From Alphaproteobacteria bacterium (GTDB lineage: Bacteria; Pseudomonadota; Alphaproteobacteria; UBA828): a DNA stretch of 64,000 nt. The stretch lies in the NCBI GenBank assembly GCA_965214705.1, contig OZ243972.1, positions 2,304,001 to 2,368,000 of the forward strand, in the 5' to 3' direction. Position numbers and translations under genes: made by a program. Below, one piece after another: positions 20,801 to 31,784 of the stretch (position 1 is its first letter; every line of letters starts with the position of its first letter). The notes under the pieces were generated by a model that searched no databases, had not been told where the DNA came from, and saw only the letters and a list, made by a program, of their open reading frames with translations.

Positions 20801-22191
20801 ATGGCTGACAAATCAGACGAGGTTCTCAAACGGACGCTAGAGGAGACCCGGCGCTACAGGATCACCCGGCGCCACTTGATGCAGGGAGCGGTGGCGTCTG
20901 CGGCGGCACTCGCCGCGACCTGGAAACCGAGAGAAGTACGCGCCGACGTTTCCGGTTCGGTGAACGTCTACACATCGTCGGGCCTGCGTTGGGAGGGCTC
21001 CATGCGGGCGGCCCTTCCGCTGTTCGAGCAGGTCTATCCCAACATCGACGTCAACTTCGTCGCCGAGCCCATCGGCGAAACGTTCCCGAAGATCAACGTG
21101 ATGATGGAGTCGCAGATCGACACCTTCAACGTGATCTACACCGACTACGGCCAATGGCCGAGCATGTACGTAAAAGAGGCGCTTACCCCGCTTCAGCCGT
21201 TCGCCGATCAGGATCCGGCATGGTTCGAAGACTACCTGAACGACGTGCCGCGGGAGATCTCCAAGCTGTATCGCGTGCCGCCCGAGCAGGACGGCGAACT
21301 CTATGGCCTGACACCTGATGGCAATGCCCTTCTGGCGACGTATCGCAAGGACGTTCTCGACAAGCATGGAATCTCGTATCCAGAGACATTCGAAGAGTGG
21401 ATCGAGGCCGCCAAGGAGGTCCATGACCCCGACAACGAGGTGTACGCCTACTGCGCTTCGCTCAGCGCGGTGCCTGGTTCGGATTCAACTTCTGGGCAGC
21501 CTTGGCAGCCCATGGCGGCTCGTGGTTCGACCGGATGGAAAAGGGGTATTGGAACCCGACGTTCAACACCGAAGCCGGGTATCTCGCCCTCAAGGCGATG
21601 AAGGAGCTGCAGGCCTACGCGCACCCGGTCACCAGCAACGCGACCGAGGACGAAGTGAACCGGGCGTTCGCGAACGGCAGCGCCCTCCTCGGTCCGAACA
21701 CCTGGGGTACCGCGGTCCTGAACAAACCAGAGTACAGCAAATTCCCGGAGGAGTTCCACTGGGATGTTCCGCCGCGCGGCAGCAATCCGGAAGGTGTCCA
21801 CAAGGCTCTGACTGGCGGGCTCGGCCAGTTCATCCCGCCGTGGAGCGCCGACCACCAGGCGGCGTGGGAGTGGGTCAAATGGATCAACTCCGGCGACATG
21901 ACCGATCCGCGCATCGGCCAGGCCATGGTGGAAGCGGGCGGTCAGCCATCGCGCGTATCGCTTCTCAGCAAGTACGCCGATCAGCGGAACTTCTTCAAGG
22001 GATTGGCGAAGGCGATCCAGGTTGCAACGCCCTATCTCATGCTGGTGCCGGAAGCCATCCCGCTGGTCTCGGCATTCGGTGAGGAGGGTGCCGACTACGT
22101 CAACGATCAAAAGGATATCGAAGACGCCTTGGAGGCGATGGACAGGCGGTGCCGTCGCATCATGGAGGATTCGGGCTACTACGACGACTGA
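20801..22191 (+). pseudogene. Tat-exported sugar-type ABC substrate-binding protein, frameshifted
   Basis: ITRRHLMQ Tat motif, YRKDVLDK..YPETFEEW; a single-base frameshift near 21462 joins it to QRGAWFGFNFW...AWEWVKW; strong RBS. Confidence 0.8.
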
Positions 22192-22219
22192 CACCAGGAC
22201 GCCAGCACGAGAGTTATTG

Positions 22220-22251
22220 GCCCGGCCGTTCCTTGCGGCCGGGCTTTTCTT
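22220..22251 (+). terminator. Rho-independent terminator
   Basis: gcccggccg-ttccttg-cggccgggc stem-loop followed by ttttctt, just after the SBP stop. Confidence 0.8.
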
Positions 22252-22457
22252 GGGCCCGCATTTCGCGGATAACTTCCGGGTTTGGACCTTCTGAACTGAG
22301 CCTCTAATTCGGTATCACTGGTTAGGTTAGATGCAGCCGCGCCGGTACATAGTCCAGCCGCCGTTGACAATCCAAGCGATGAAATCGAGGCTGAGGCTCT
22401 GGTGACCGCTCGCGGGGCGGTCCGCGAAGCGTTCGGGACGGCTTAGGAGGCGGACCA

Positions 22458-24068
22458 ATGCCACCGACCAACATCGACGCCATCATCGTCGGCGCCGGCT
22501 TCTCGGGTATTTACATGCTGAAGCGCTGCCGCGAGTTGGGACTTTCCGCTCAGGTGATCGAGGCGGGCGGCGGCGCCGGCGGCACCTGGTACTGGAACCG
22601 CTATCCCGGTGCGCGCTGCGACGTGGAGAGCATGACCTATTCCTACTCGTTCTCCGACGAGCTCCAGCAAGAATGGACGTGGACCGAGCGCTACGCGAGA
22701 CAGCCGGAGATCCTGCGCTACATAGAGCACGTGCTGGACAGGTTCGACCTCAGACGAGACATACAGTTGGAGACCCGTGTCACGAGCGCGGCGTTCGACG
22801 ATGCCACGAACCGATGGATCGTCGATACGGACCGCGGTGAGCGCCTCTCCGCCAGGTTCTGCATCATGGCGACAGGCTGTATGTCGACCCCGCACATCCC
22901 CGATTACGAGGGCTTGGAACGCTTCGAAGGCGATTGGTATCACACCGGCCTCTGGCCGCATGAGCAGATCGACTTCACGGGCAAGCGCGTCGCCGTGATT
23001 GGGACGGGCTCGTCCGGTGTCCAGTCGATACCGGTGATTGCCGCGCAGGCGGCTCACCTCACCGTCTTCCAGCGTACACCGAACTTCAGCATTCCGGCGT
23101 GGAATGGCCCGCTCAGCCACGACGACGTGCAGATGTGGAAGTCGCGCTATCCCGAGCTGCGACAGCGCGCCCGCGGCACGCGCGTCGGCGATATCTTCGA
23201 GATCTCCGAAACCTCGGCGCTTGAAGTTTCGCCGGAAGTACGCGAGGGGACGTTCGAGCGGCGGTGGCGGGAGGGCTCCTTCAATTTCCTGCAGTCCTTC
23301 AACGACCTCATCACCAATAAAGCCTCGAACGATTTTGCCGTAGAGTTCGTGCACGACAAGATCCGCGAGCGGGTCGACGACCCCGAGGTCGCGGAGCTGC
23401 TGTGTCCAACGGATCACCCGCTCGGCACAAAGCGGATGTGCGTCGATACTGACTATTACGAGACCTTCAACCGCGCCAATGTCAGCCTGGTGGACGTGAA
23501 GGCTACGCCAATCGAAGAGATTACACCGAGCGGCCTCAAGGCCGGCGGCAAAGAATACGAGCTCGACGCTATCGTGTTCGCCACGGGCTTCGACGCCATG
23601 ACCGGTGCGCTCTTCAACATCGACATTCGGGGCCGGGACGGCATTCGGCTCAAGCATAAATGGTCGAATGGCCCGAGGTCCTATCTGGGGCTCGCGGTCG
23701 CGGGCTTCCCCAACCTCTTCACGGTCACGGGCCCCGGCAGCCCCTCGGTGCTCAGCAACATGATGAACTCGCTCGAGCAACACATCGAATGGATCGCCGA
23801 CTGCATCGACTACCTGGGGGAGCACGCACTCGACAGCATCGAGGCGTCCGTGGAGGCCGAAGACGAGTGGATGCACCACGTCAATGACGCGGCCGACAAG
23901 ACGCTCTTCTTTCAGTCCAACACCTGGTATGTCGGCGCGAACATTCCGGGCAAGCCGCGGGTCATTTATCCCTATGTCGGCGGCGTCGGCGTTTACCGCG
24001 GCATTTGCGATGAAATCGCGGCCAAGGGCTATGAGGGCTTCACCCTTGGTGGGCCTCAGGACGGCTGA
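22458..24068 (+). CDS. Type I Baeyer-Villiger monooxygenase
   Basis: GAGFSG, GGTWYWNRYPGARCD, fingerprint FEGDWYHTGLWP, GTGSSG. Confidence 0.95.
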   Translation: MPPTNIDAIIVGAGFSGIYMLKRCRELGLSAQVIEAGGGAGGTWYWNRYPGARCDVESMTYSYSFSDELQQEWTWTERYARQPEILRYIEHVLDRFDLRRDIQLETRVTSAAFDDATNRWIVDTDRGERLSARFCIMATGCMSTPHIPDYEGLERFEGDWYHTGLWPHEQIDFTGKRVAVIGTGSSGVQSIPVIAAQAAHLTVFQRTPNFSIPAWNGPLSHDDVQMWKSRYPELRQRARGTRVGDIFEISETSALEVSPEVREGTFERRWREGSFNFLQSFNDLITNKASNDFAVEFVHDKIRERVDDPEVAELLCPTDHPLGTKRMCVDTDYYETFNRANVSLVDVKATPIEEITPSGLKAGGKEYELDAIVFATGFDAMTGALFNIDIRGRDGIRLKHKWSNGPRSYLGLAVAGFPNLFTVTGPGSPSVLSNMMNSLEQHIEWIADCIDYLGEHALDSIEASVEAEDEWMHHVNDAADKTLFFQSNTWYVGANIPGKPRVIYPYVGGVGVYRGICDEIAAKGYEGFTLGGPQDG

Positions 24069-24474
24069 TCGCGACAAGAATGCCTATTGCTGAGGGCCCC
24101 CGGAAGTTGCGGTAGGAATGCGCATTGCTGCGCACTCCCCGACGCCGGAACGTTCACCGGCTACCAGCCACAGAGGTTACCGTCACGACGTGATCGACCT
24201 GATCCCGAAGTGGAATTCGCGCAACTCCCAATAGATGCCCAATCCGGCGTCAAGGCCAGGAAGCCAAAGAGAGAAGGCTCTAAGATGCTGAGTTAGAGAC
24301 ATTTTTAGTTGCGCGGGTGCTCAACCCCCGAGACCAGAACTTGTTCGAATTCCCGGTCTGAACCGCAGCAAGCTGCTCGGATTGCCCAAGAATTCTCAAT
24401 GTGCGCAGTCGACGCTCGGGGGTGAATGGCTTTGTCCGATCGTCTGGCGGGAAAACCCGCTTGCTACCCGCGGC

Positions 24475-25533
24475 TCATGCCGGCCCACCCGAGGTTTGGG
24501 ACACGTCCGGTGGTGGGCAGGTAGAGCCGCGCACCTTGATTTCACCCTGCAACCGGACCGAGGGGATTGGCGTGCCGTCTGTGAGAAAGTCGCAGATCAC
24601 CTGCGCGCTCTCCTGGCCCATCGCGGCGATGGGCAAGCTTATGCAGGTCAAGCGCGGATAGCTGTGCTCGGACCAGGAGATGTGATCGAAGCCCATGACC
24701 GACATGTCTTGAGGCAGCAGGAGCCCGCTGCGCTGAAGCTCGAACATCGCTCCGAGCGCGACGAGATCGGTGACGCAGAGCAGCGCCGTGGGCCGCCGGT
24801 CCCACGCCAGAGCCTGTTTCGCGGCAACGACGCCACCCCCGACGCTCAGCTCCGTCTCAATAATTCGCAGCGAACGCGCGCCCTCGACGGATTCCGCGCC
24901 GCGAATCCTGAAACGGGCTCGATCGTTCTGCGCCGTGGGCCCGGAGACCAGGGCGACATCCCTGTGGCCGAGGTCGAGCAGATGCCGCATGGCCTGGCGC
25001 CCGAGTTCGACGTTGTCGTAGCCGATGGTCGGCATCGAGGCGGAGGCCTCGTAGATCGAGGTTGCGACCACGGGCGCTCCGAACCGCTTGGCCAGGCCGG
25101 TGAGCTCGGGTTCGTGATCCAGCCCGGTTACGATCAGCGCCCTCGCGCCCATTTCGAGCAACGATCGGGCACGCTCGAGTTCCACGCGGCGGTCCATGCC
25201 CGTCGTGGCGATGAGCAGGCGATAGCCGTTGGCGTCCAGCCCGGCCTCCAGCGCCTCCAGGAACGCCGCGAAGATCGCGTGATTGATGGTGGGAATCACC
25301 GCGCCAACCGTGTTGGTGCCGCCTGCGTTGAGCGCGCGAGCGAGCGGGTCGGGCGCGAAATCGAGCTTGGCGAAGACTCGCAGCACGTCCTCGCGGGTTT
25401 CCGGCGAAACGGATGGCGAGTTGTTCAGGACCCGCGATGCGGTGGCGACCGAGACCCCAGCCTCGCGCGCAACATCCCGCAAAGTGATCCTTCGCGAGGA
25501 CTGTTTGCTCCGCAGTGATCTGCGTTCGGGCAT
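24475..25533 (-). CDS. LacI-family transcriptional regulator
   Basis: ITLRDVAREAGVSVATASRVLN HTH; PQDMSVMGFD; LTCI. Confidence 0.93.
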   Translation of the reverse strand: MPERRSLRSKQSSRRITLRDVAREAGVSVATASRVLNNSPSVSPETREDVLRVFAKLDFAPDPLARALNAGGTNTVGAVIPTINHAIFAAFLEALEAGLDANGYRLLIATTGMDRRVELERARSLLEMGARALIVTGLDHEPELTGLAKRFGAPVVATSIYEASASMPTIGYDNVELGRQAMRHLLDLGHRDVALVSGPTAQNDRARFRIRGAESVEGARSLRIIETELSVGGGVVAAKQALAWDRRPTALLCVTDLVALGAMFELQRSGLLLPQDMSVMGFDHISWSEHSYPRLTCISLPIAAMGQESAQVICDFLTDGTPIPSVRLQGEIKVRGSTCPPPDVSQTSGGPA

Positions 25534-25849
25534 TCCGAGTTCCCGTGCAAATTATGCTGCGGGCGCTGTTCGCCCCTTTGGCAAGGGGTCCAGCCAAGCA
25601 CCACCCGGCCGCGTGTGCGACAAGCCAAGCGGCACCTGCTGCCACCGCGACGGTTGGCGTAGCGCCGAGCCCGGCTGAGCCGTGCGTGCACCCGCAGTAT
25701 ATCCCAAAGTCTCCAAACTCTGTCGTCCGGCGATAAACCGGTCAGGCATGAGGGCACAGCATGGGACCTCGATGCCGGCCAGTATTCCTTGCCCCGCGGC
25801 GGCGTACTGCAGCGTCCGAGCGCGCTTAGAATCTCAAATCGGCCTTCCC

Positions 25850-25915
25850 TGTAACCGGTCACATGCGCTATGGTTGGCTCACGTAACCGGTTACAGGTCA
25901 TAAAACCGGATTCCA
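25850..25915. promoter_or_regulatory. Candidate LacI operators upstream of tauA
   Basis: TGTAACCGGTCACA (25850-25863), perfect palindrome GTAACCGGTTAC (25883-25894) and weaker TAAAACCGGATTCCA (25901-25915); central CG typical of LacI sites. Confidence 0.7.
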
Positions 25916-26063
25916 AGGGTCAATGGGGAGGATGTCCACGTGCGCTCCGCCGCGAGACCATCATTTGAGAGCGAAATGTCACCATGATTGCACGATCGGA
26001 TACTCACGAGCCCATTGCCGAGACTGGACTCTCAACTACCGCAAATCGAAAGGAGTGCTCGAC

Positions 26064-27038
26064 ATGAAACGCACCGGCTTCATGGCAGTCGTCGCGGCAG
26101 GTGTGGCGATGCTGTTCGCATCGTCCGCGTCTGCCCTCGACAAGATCACGGTCGCCTACTTCCTCGAGTGGCCGACCGCGAACCAGGTTGCGCAGCTCGA
26201 GAAGACCTATGACGAGGCGATGGGCGTCGAAGTCGAGTGGCGCGCCTTCGGCAACGGCAACGAGATGAGCCAGGCGATGGTCTCTGGCGACGTGCAAATC
26301 GCCTATTCCCAGGGGCTGGTTCCGTGGGTGGTCGCGGTCACCAACGGGTTGCCTCTCAAGCTCGTCGGCGTGGCGGTGAGCTATGCGGAGGCCGACAACT
26401 GCGTCGTCCATGCCGACACCGGCATCACGCAGGCGAATGCGAGCGAGCTTGAGGGCAAACAGATTGCGACTCCGATCGGCAACGTGACCCACTACAAGCT
26501 CTTGCGCACGCTGGATCACCTGGGAGTGGACGCCTCGAAGGTCAACATGGTGCAGATGAACGGCGCCGACGCGTCGGTCGCGCTCGCGCGCGGAGACGTT
26601 GCCGCGGCCTGCGCCTTCGGCGGCCCGCTCCAGCGGATGAAGGAGTACGGCGACGAGCTGATGACTCCGGCAGAGCAGGAGGCCATCGGCATTCGCGTCT
26701 TCGACGTCGTCTCGGTGACCGAGAGCTTCGCCAACGACCATCCCGACCTGCTGCGGAAGTTCATGGAGGTCACCGATCAGGCGAATGCGGCCTACAACGC
26801 TGATTCGGCGCCGTTCATGGAGACCATCTCCCAGGCAGCCGGCATGGACCTCGCGGCGACGGAAAACATGCTCGGCATGTTCTCGTTCCCGTCGGCGGCG
26901 GACCAGAAGTCGGAAGCCTGGATGGGCGGCACCGTGCAGTCGTTCACCAAGGAAGTGGCGGATTTCTTCGTCCAACAGGGCCAGCTTGACAGCGCTCTCG
27001 ACAGCTACGCCTTCGCGATCGACGACAGCTTCCTCTAA
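26064..27038 (+). CDS. tauA: Taurine/sulfonate ABC transporter substrate-binding protein
   Basis: Signal peptide; ITVAYFLEWPT, YSQG, AEADNCVV; AAGGAG RBS; operon with xsc. Confidence 0.85.
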   Translation: MKRTGFMAVVAAGVAMLFASSASALDKITVAYFLEWPTANQVAQLEKTYDEAMGVEVEWRAFGNGNEMSQAMVSGDVQIAYSQGLVPWVVAVTNGLPLKLVGVAVSYAEADNCVVHADTGITQANASELEGKQIATPIGNVTHYKLLRTLDHLGVDASKVNMVQMNGADASVALARGDVAAACAFGGPLQRMKEYGDELMTPAEQEAIGIRVFDVVSVTESFANDHPDLLRKFMEVTDQANAAYNADSAPFMETISQAAGMDLAATENMLGMFSFPSAADQKSEAWMGGTVQSFTKEVADFFVQQGQLDSALDSYAFAIDDSFL

Positions 27039-27085
27039 GCGCGACCGAGCGCGACTGCGGCTGGCAGGCCGCAGGTGCACGACTC

Positions 27086-27120
27086 CTCCCTGCCTCCCCA
27101 AGCATTCGGGAGGCAGGGAG
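27086..27120 (+). promoter_or_regulatory. Intergenic stem-loop between tauA and tauB (possible mRNA stabiliser)
   Basis: 13-bp perfect stem ctccctgcctccc / gggaggcagggag with no U-tract. Confidence 0.55.
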
Positions 27121-27243
27121 GGCATTTCGCTGCCGATAGCCGGTCCTCGCGCAAAGCGGGGGTCGGTGCCGTGTGCTCGTGGCGCGGGAAGCCTGCGGCT
27201 GTTACGGTCCAAGCCCTTTGGGACCCGCGAAAAAGGGAGCGTG

Positions 27244-28047
27244 ATGGACGGGCTGGTCATCGACAACGTCTCGATGGTCTTCACCTTGCCCAATGGCGGT
27301 AAGGTCCACGCCCTCCAGGACGTCTCGTTGCACCTGAAGCCCGGCGAGCTGATGGCCGTGCTTGGTCCCTCGGGCTGTGGCAAGACCACGCTGCTCAACA
27401 TTGTCGGCGGCTTTCTGGCGCCGACCGCAGGCCAGGCGCTGCTCAACGGCCATCAGGTGACCGGCCCGCACAAGGAACGCGGCGTGGTGTTCCAGCAGGG
27501 TGCGCTGTTCGAGTGGATGACAGTCGCCCAGAACGTGAGCTTTGGCCCGCGCATGTGCGGCGTGCCCCGCGCCGAGATCAAGCAGATCGTACGCCGCCTG
27601 CTCGACACCGTGGCGCTGAAGGGCTTCGCCGACAAGCCGGTCTATCAGCTCTCCGGCGGCATGCAGCAGCGCGTGGCGCTGGCGCGGTGCCTCGCGAACG
27701 ACCCGGACGTGATCCTGATGGACGAGCCGCTGGGCGCGCTGGACGCGCTCACCCGCGAGAAGATGCAGGGTCTCGTGCTCAAGCTGTGGAAGGAGACCGG
27801 CAAGACCATCATCCTGATCACCCACTCGGTCGAGGAAGCGCTCTTCCTCGGTGAGCGCCTGGTGGTGATGGCGCCGCGCCCCGGCCGGATACATAAGGAA
27901 TACACGCTACCCTTCGCCGAGCAGGGGGTCGAAGGGGACGCGCGCGCGATCAAGGCCCAGCCCGACTTCATCACTGCCCGCGAAGAGATCCTCTCCATGA
28001 TTTGGGAGATGGAGGAGGAGATCATGGGCGGCGCCGACGCACGCTGA
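27244..28047 (+). CDS. tauB: Taurine ABC transporter ATP-binding subunit
   Basis: GPSGCGKTT, LSGGMQQRV, MDEPLGALDALTRE, MAPRPGRI. Confidence 0.88.
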   Translation: MDGLVIDNVSMVFTLPNGGKVHALQDVSLHLKPGELMAVLGPSGCGKTTLLNIVGGFLAPTAGQALLNGHQVTGPHKERGVVFQQGALFEWMTVAQNVSFGPRMCGVPRAEIKQIVRRLLDTVALKGFADKPVYQLSGGMQQRVALARCLANDPDVILMDEPLGALDALTREKMQGLVLKLWKETGKTIILITHSVEEALFLGERLVVMAPRPGRIHKEYTLPFAEQGVEGDARAIKAQPDFITAREEILSMIWEMEEEIMGGADAR

Positions 28048-28057
28048 CGAGAAGAGC

Positions 28058-28975
28058 ATGGCGGCGCGCAATCAAAACAAGCAACCCTCGCGCTGGGGCA
28101 TGTGGCTCGGCATCGCGGACACCTCGTTCACCCGGCAGAAGACGATCAAGTTCGGCGATGCGTCGGCGGTGAACTCCGGCCGCCTGTGGTCGGTGCTCAC
28201 CCTGATCCTGCTGATCCTGGCCTGGTGGATCGCGACTATCAGCGGGTTCATCGATCCCCTCTTTTGGCCGCCGCTCGAGGGCAGTCTCTACCCGTGGGAC
28301 AACCCCAATCGGGCTCGGCCCGGCGTCGTCGACCGCTTCGTCAGCCTCTTCGTCGACGGCTACCGCAACATCTCGCTCTGGGAGCACGTCGGGACCTCGG
28401 TCAAGCGCGTGCTGCTCGGCGTCATCATCGGCGCGCTGGTGGGGATCCCGCTCGGCTTTGCCATGGGCCTGAACTCGGTGGCGCGCGGGCTGTTCGATCC
28501 GATCGTCGAGTTCATCCGTCCGATTCCGCCGCTCGCGCTGATTCCGCTGGTCATCCTGTGGCTGGGGATCGACGAGGTCGCCAAGATCTTCCTGCTCTTC
28601 CTGGCTGCGCTCTTCATCATGCTGATCGCGGCCCGCGCCGGCGTGAGCTCCGTGCAAATATCCAAGGTCCACGCGGCCTATTCGCTCGGCGCCTCCAAGT
28701 TCCAGGTGCTGCGCCACGTCATCCTGCCGAACGCCTTGCCGGAGATCTTCACCGGCCTCCGGACCTCCATGGGCGTCTGCTGGGGAACACTGGTCGCGGC
28801 CGAGCTGGTGGCGGCGGATCAGGGGGTCGGCTCGATGATGATGATCGCGAAGAACTTCCTCCAGACCGACGTGGTGGTGATCGGCATCATCATCATCGGA
28901 GCGATCGGGTTCGCCATCGAGATGTTCATGCGCCTGCTCGAGCGATGGCTGATCCCCTGGAAGGGGAAGGGTTGA
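28058..28975 (+). CDS. tauC: Taurine ABC transporter permease
   Basis: RPIPPLA, HAAYSLGAS, LVAAELVAA, PWKGK end. Confidence 0.88.
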   Translation: MAARNQNKQPSRWGMWLGIADTSFTRQKTIKFGDASAVNSGRLWSVLTLILLILAWWIATISGFIDPLFWPPLEGSLYPWDNPNRARPGVVDRFVSLFVDGYRNISLWEHVGTSVKRVLLGVIIGALVGIPLGFAMGLNSVARGLFDPIVEFIRPIPPLALIPLVILWLGIDEVAKIFLLFLAALFIMLIAARAGVSSVQISKVHAAYSLGASKFQVLRHVILPNALPEIFTGLRTSMGVCWGTLVAAELVAADQGVGSMMMIAKNFLQTDVVVIGIIIIGAIGFAIEMFMRLLERWLIPWKGKG

Positions 28976-29042
28976 TGACCCGGAACTCGTCCCACTTTGT
29001 GCGGCCGCAGCGTGGCAATGAAAGGAACAGGAACGTAACGCC

Positions 29043-30809
29043 ATGAGAATGACGACTGAAGAGGCCTTCGTGAAGGTCCTGCAACGGCACGGAATCGAGC
29101 ACGTATTCGGCATCATCGGTTCTGCCTTCATGCCGATATCGGACCTCTTCCCCAAGGCCGGGATCACCTTCTGGGACGTGGCCCACGAGAGCAACGCGGG
29201 CTTCATGTGCGACGGCTACACCCGCGCCACCGGCAAGATCGCCATGTGTATCGGCCAGAACGGCCCCGGCATCACCAATCTCGTGACTCCGGTGAAGACC
29301 GCGTACTGGAACCACACACCGCTGCTGCTGGTGACGCCCCAGGCGGCCAACAAGACCATCGGCCAGGGCGGTTTCCAGGAAGTGCCGCAGATGGCGCTGT
29401 TCGAGGAAATGGTCTGCTATCAGGAGGAGGTGCGCGATGCCTCCCGCATGGCCGAGGTCCTCAACCGGGTGATCGAGAACGCGGTCCGTCAGTCGGCGCC
29501 GGCCCAGATCAACGTGCCGCGCGATCTCTGGACCCAGGAGGTCGATATCGAGCTGCCGCCGGTCGTTCACTTGGAGCGCGCCTCGGGTGGCGAGGACTCG
29601 GTCGCTGAAGCGGCGCGGCTGCTCTCGGAGGCGCGATTCCCGGTCATTCTCTCCGGCGGCGGCGTGGTGATCGGGGGCGCGATCGATGAGTGCCGGGCGC
29701 TGGCCGAGCGCCTCGACGCGCCGGTCTGCTCCGGCTACCAGCACAACGACAGCTTCCCCGGCTCGCACCCGCTGGCCGTGGGACCGCTGGGCTACAACGG
29801 CTCCAAGGCGGCGATGGAGCTGATCGCGCAGGCCGACGTGGTGCTGGCGCTCGGCACCCGGCTCAACCCGTTCTCGACGCTGCCGGGCTACGGCATCGAC
29901 TACTGGCCCAAGGACGCAGTGGTGATACAGGTGGAGCTGAACCCGGATCGCATCGGGCTGACCAAGAAGGTCACGGTCGGGATCTGTGGCGATGCCAGGA
30001 AGGTGGCGCGGCAGCTGCGCGAGCAGCTCGCGGCCGGCGCCGGCGACGTGGGCCGAGAGGAGCGCCGGGCAACGATCCACAGCACCCGCTCCGCTTGGCT
30101 CCAGACGCTCGCCAGCATGGACCACGAGGACGACGATCCCGGAACCACCTGGAACGTAGACGCGCGAACGCGCGAGCCGGACCGGATGTCGGCGCGGATG
30201 GCGTGGCGCGCGATCCAGGACGGCCTGCCCAAGGACGCCATCATCTCGTCCGACATCGGCAACAACTGCGCCATCGGCAACGCCTATCCCACCTTCGAGG
30301 AGGGTCGCAAATACCTGGCGCCGGGGCTGTTCGGCCCGTGCGGCTACGGCTTCCCGGCGATTCTCGGGGCCAAGATCGGCTGCCCCGATGTGCCGGTCGT
30401 GGGCTTCGCCGGCGACGGCGCCTTCGGTATCTCCATGAACGAGATGACGTCGATGGGGCGCGAGGGTTGGCCCGCTATCACCATGGTGGTCTTCCGCAAC
30501 TACCAATGGGGCGCGGAGAAGCGGAACTCGATCCTCTGGTACGACAACAACTTCGTCGGCACTGAGCTGAATCCTGACCTGAGCTACGCCAAAGTCGCGG
30601 ACGCCTGCGGGCTGAAGGGCGTCGCGGTGATCACCATGGGGGAGCTGACGACGGCGCTGCGTGAGTCGTGCGCGGCGCAGGCGGACGGCATTACCACCTT
30701 CATCGAGGTCATTCTCAATCAGGAGCTGGGCGAGCCCTTCCGCCGCGATGCGATGAAGAAGCCCAACGTGGTGGCGGGCATCGACGGCGCCGACATGCGC
30801 CCCCAATAG
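29043..30809 (+). CDS. xsc: Sulfoacetaldehyde acetyltransferase (ThDP-dependent)
   Basis: [52 protein letters not shown]. Confidence 0.96.
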   Translation: MRMTTEEAFVKVLQRHGIEHVFGIIGSAFMPISDLFPKAGITFWDVAHESNAGFMCDGYTRATGKIAMCIGQNGPGITNLVTPVKTAYWNHTPLLLVTPQAANKTIGQGGFQEVPQMALFEEMVCYQEEVRDASRMAEVLNRVIENAVRQSAPAQINVPRDLWTQEVDIELPPVVHLERASGGEDSVAEAARLLSEARFPVILSGGGVVIGGAIDECRALAERLDAPVCSGYQHNDSFPGSHPLAVGPLGYNGSKAAMELIAQADVVLALGTRLNPFSTLPGYGIDYWPKDAVVIQVELNPDRIGLTKKVTVGICGDARKVARQLREQLAAGAGDVGREERRATIHSTRSAWLQTLASMDHEDDDPGTTWNVDARTREPDRMSARMAWRAIQDGLPKDAIISSDIGNNCAIGNAYPTFEEGRKYLAPGLFGPCGYGFPAILGAKIGCPDVPVVGFAGDGAFGISMNEMTSMGREGWPAITMVVFRNYQWGAEKRNSILWYDNNFVGTELNPDLSYAKVADACGLKGVAVITMGELTTALRESCAAQADGITTFIEVILNQELGEPFRRDAMKKPNVVAGIDGADMRPQ

Positions 30810-31780
30810 TGGACATCGTCGAGCGCCTCATCGCGCAAGCGAAACAGCGTCGGCGTACCGTCGTCCTGCCGGAGGGCGACGACCCGCGGATCCTTCAGGC
30901 GGCGCGGCGGCTGCACGACGAGGGCATCGCTCGTCCCGTCCTGATCGGCGCGCCTGGAGCGTTGGAGGAGGCCGCCGCAGCGGCCGGTGTTTCGCTCGAC
31001 GCCATCGAGAGCGTGGCGCCGGGAGAGAGCGGCACGCTCGACGCCTACGCGACGCTCTACCTCGAAGGCCGGCCGAAGGCGAACGAGCGGGTGGCGAAGC
31101 GCCTGCTCACCAGGCCCTTGTTCTACGGAGCGATGGCGGTGAAGGCGGGCGATGCCGATGCGCTGGTGGCCGGCGCCAGTCAGCCCACGGCGTGGGTCAT
31201 CGAGGCCGGGCTGATGTCGGTGGGGCTTGCGGACGGCATCGCGACACCGTCGAGCTTCTTCATCATGGTGCCCAGGGACGGGGAGCCGCTGGTCTTCGCC
31301 GACTGCGCCGTCAACGTCGAGCCGGACGCGGACGCGCTCGCGGATATCGCCATCGCCTCGGCCAAGAGCGCCGAGAGCTTGCTCGGGGCGCCCGCGCGGG
31401 TGGCCATGCTGTCCTTCTCCACCCACGGCAGCGCCAAGCACGATAAGGTCGAGAAGGTGCGCCGCGCCGTGAAGATCGTGCAGGCACGGGCACCGGAGGT
31501 CGCGATCGACGGCGAGTTGCAGGCGGACGCCGCGCTCGTGCCGCGAGTAGCTGCACTTAAGGTCAAGAACCCGAGCGACGTGGCGGGGCGGGCCAATGTC
31601 CTGGTGTTCCCCGACCTGGATGCCGGCAATATCGGCTACAAGCTGTGCGAGCACGCTGGCGGCATGCGTGCGATCGGCCCGTTCCTGCAAGGCTTCGCAC
31701 GGCCGCTCTGCGATCTCTCGCGGGGCGCGACGGTGGATGACATCGTGGCCGCCGCAGCCATTACCGCTGCGATGGCCTGA
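30809..31780 (+). CDS. pta: Phosphate acetyltransferase
   Basis: [50 protein letters not shown]; GTG overlaps the xsc stop. Confidence 0.93.
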   Translation: MDIVERLIAQAKQRRRTVVLPEGDDPRILQAARRLHDEGIARPVLIGAPGALEEAAAAAGVSLDAIESVAPGESGTLDAYATLYLEGRPKANERVAKRLLTRPLFYGAMAVKAGDADALVAGASQPTAWVIEAGLMSVGLADGIATPSSFFIMVPRDGEPLVFADCAVNVEPDADALADIAIASAKSAESLLGAPARVAMLSFSTHGSAKHDKVEKVRRAVKIVQARAPEVAIDGELQADAALVPRVAALKVKNPSDVAGRANVLVFPDLDAGNIGYKLCEHAGGMRAIGPFLQGFARPLCDLSRGATVDDIVAAAAITAAMA

Positions 31781-31784
31781 CCGC

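Noticed and set aside
24069-24474. 400-bp lower-GC spacer containing GTTCGAAT
   Set aside because: No tRNA cloverleaf, IS ends or recognisable protein remnant could be supported
20730-26035. TGGAC-containing words resembling TauR boxes (near 20734, 22282, 22352 and 26024)
   Set aside because: Single degenerate copies without the paired direct-repeat arrangement, and no tauR gene in the window
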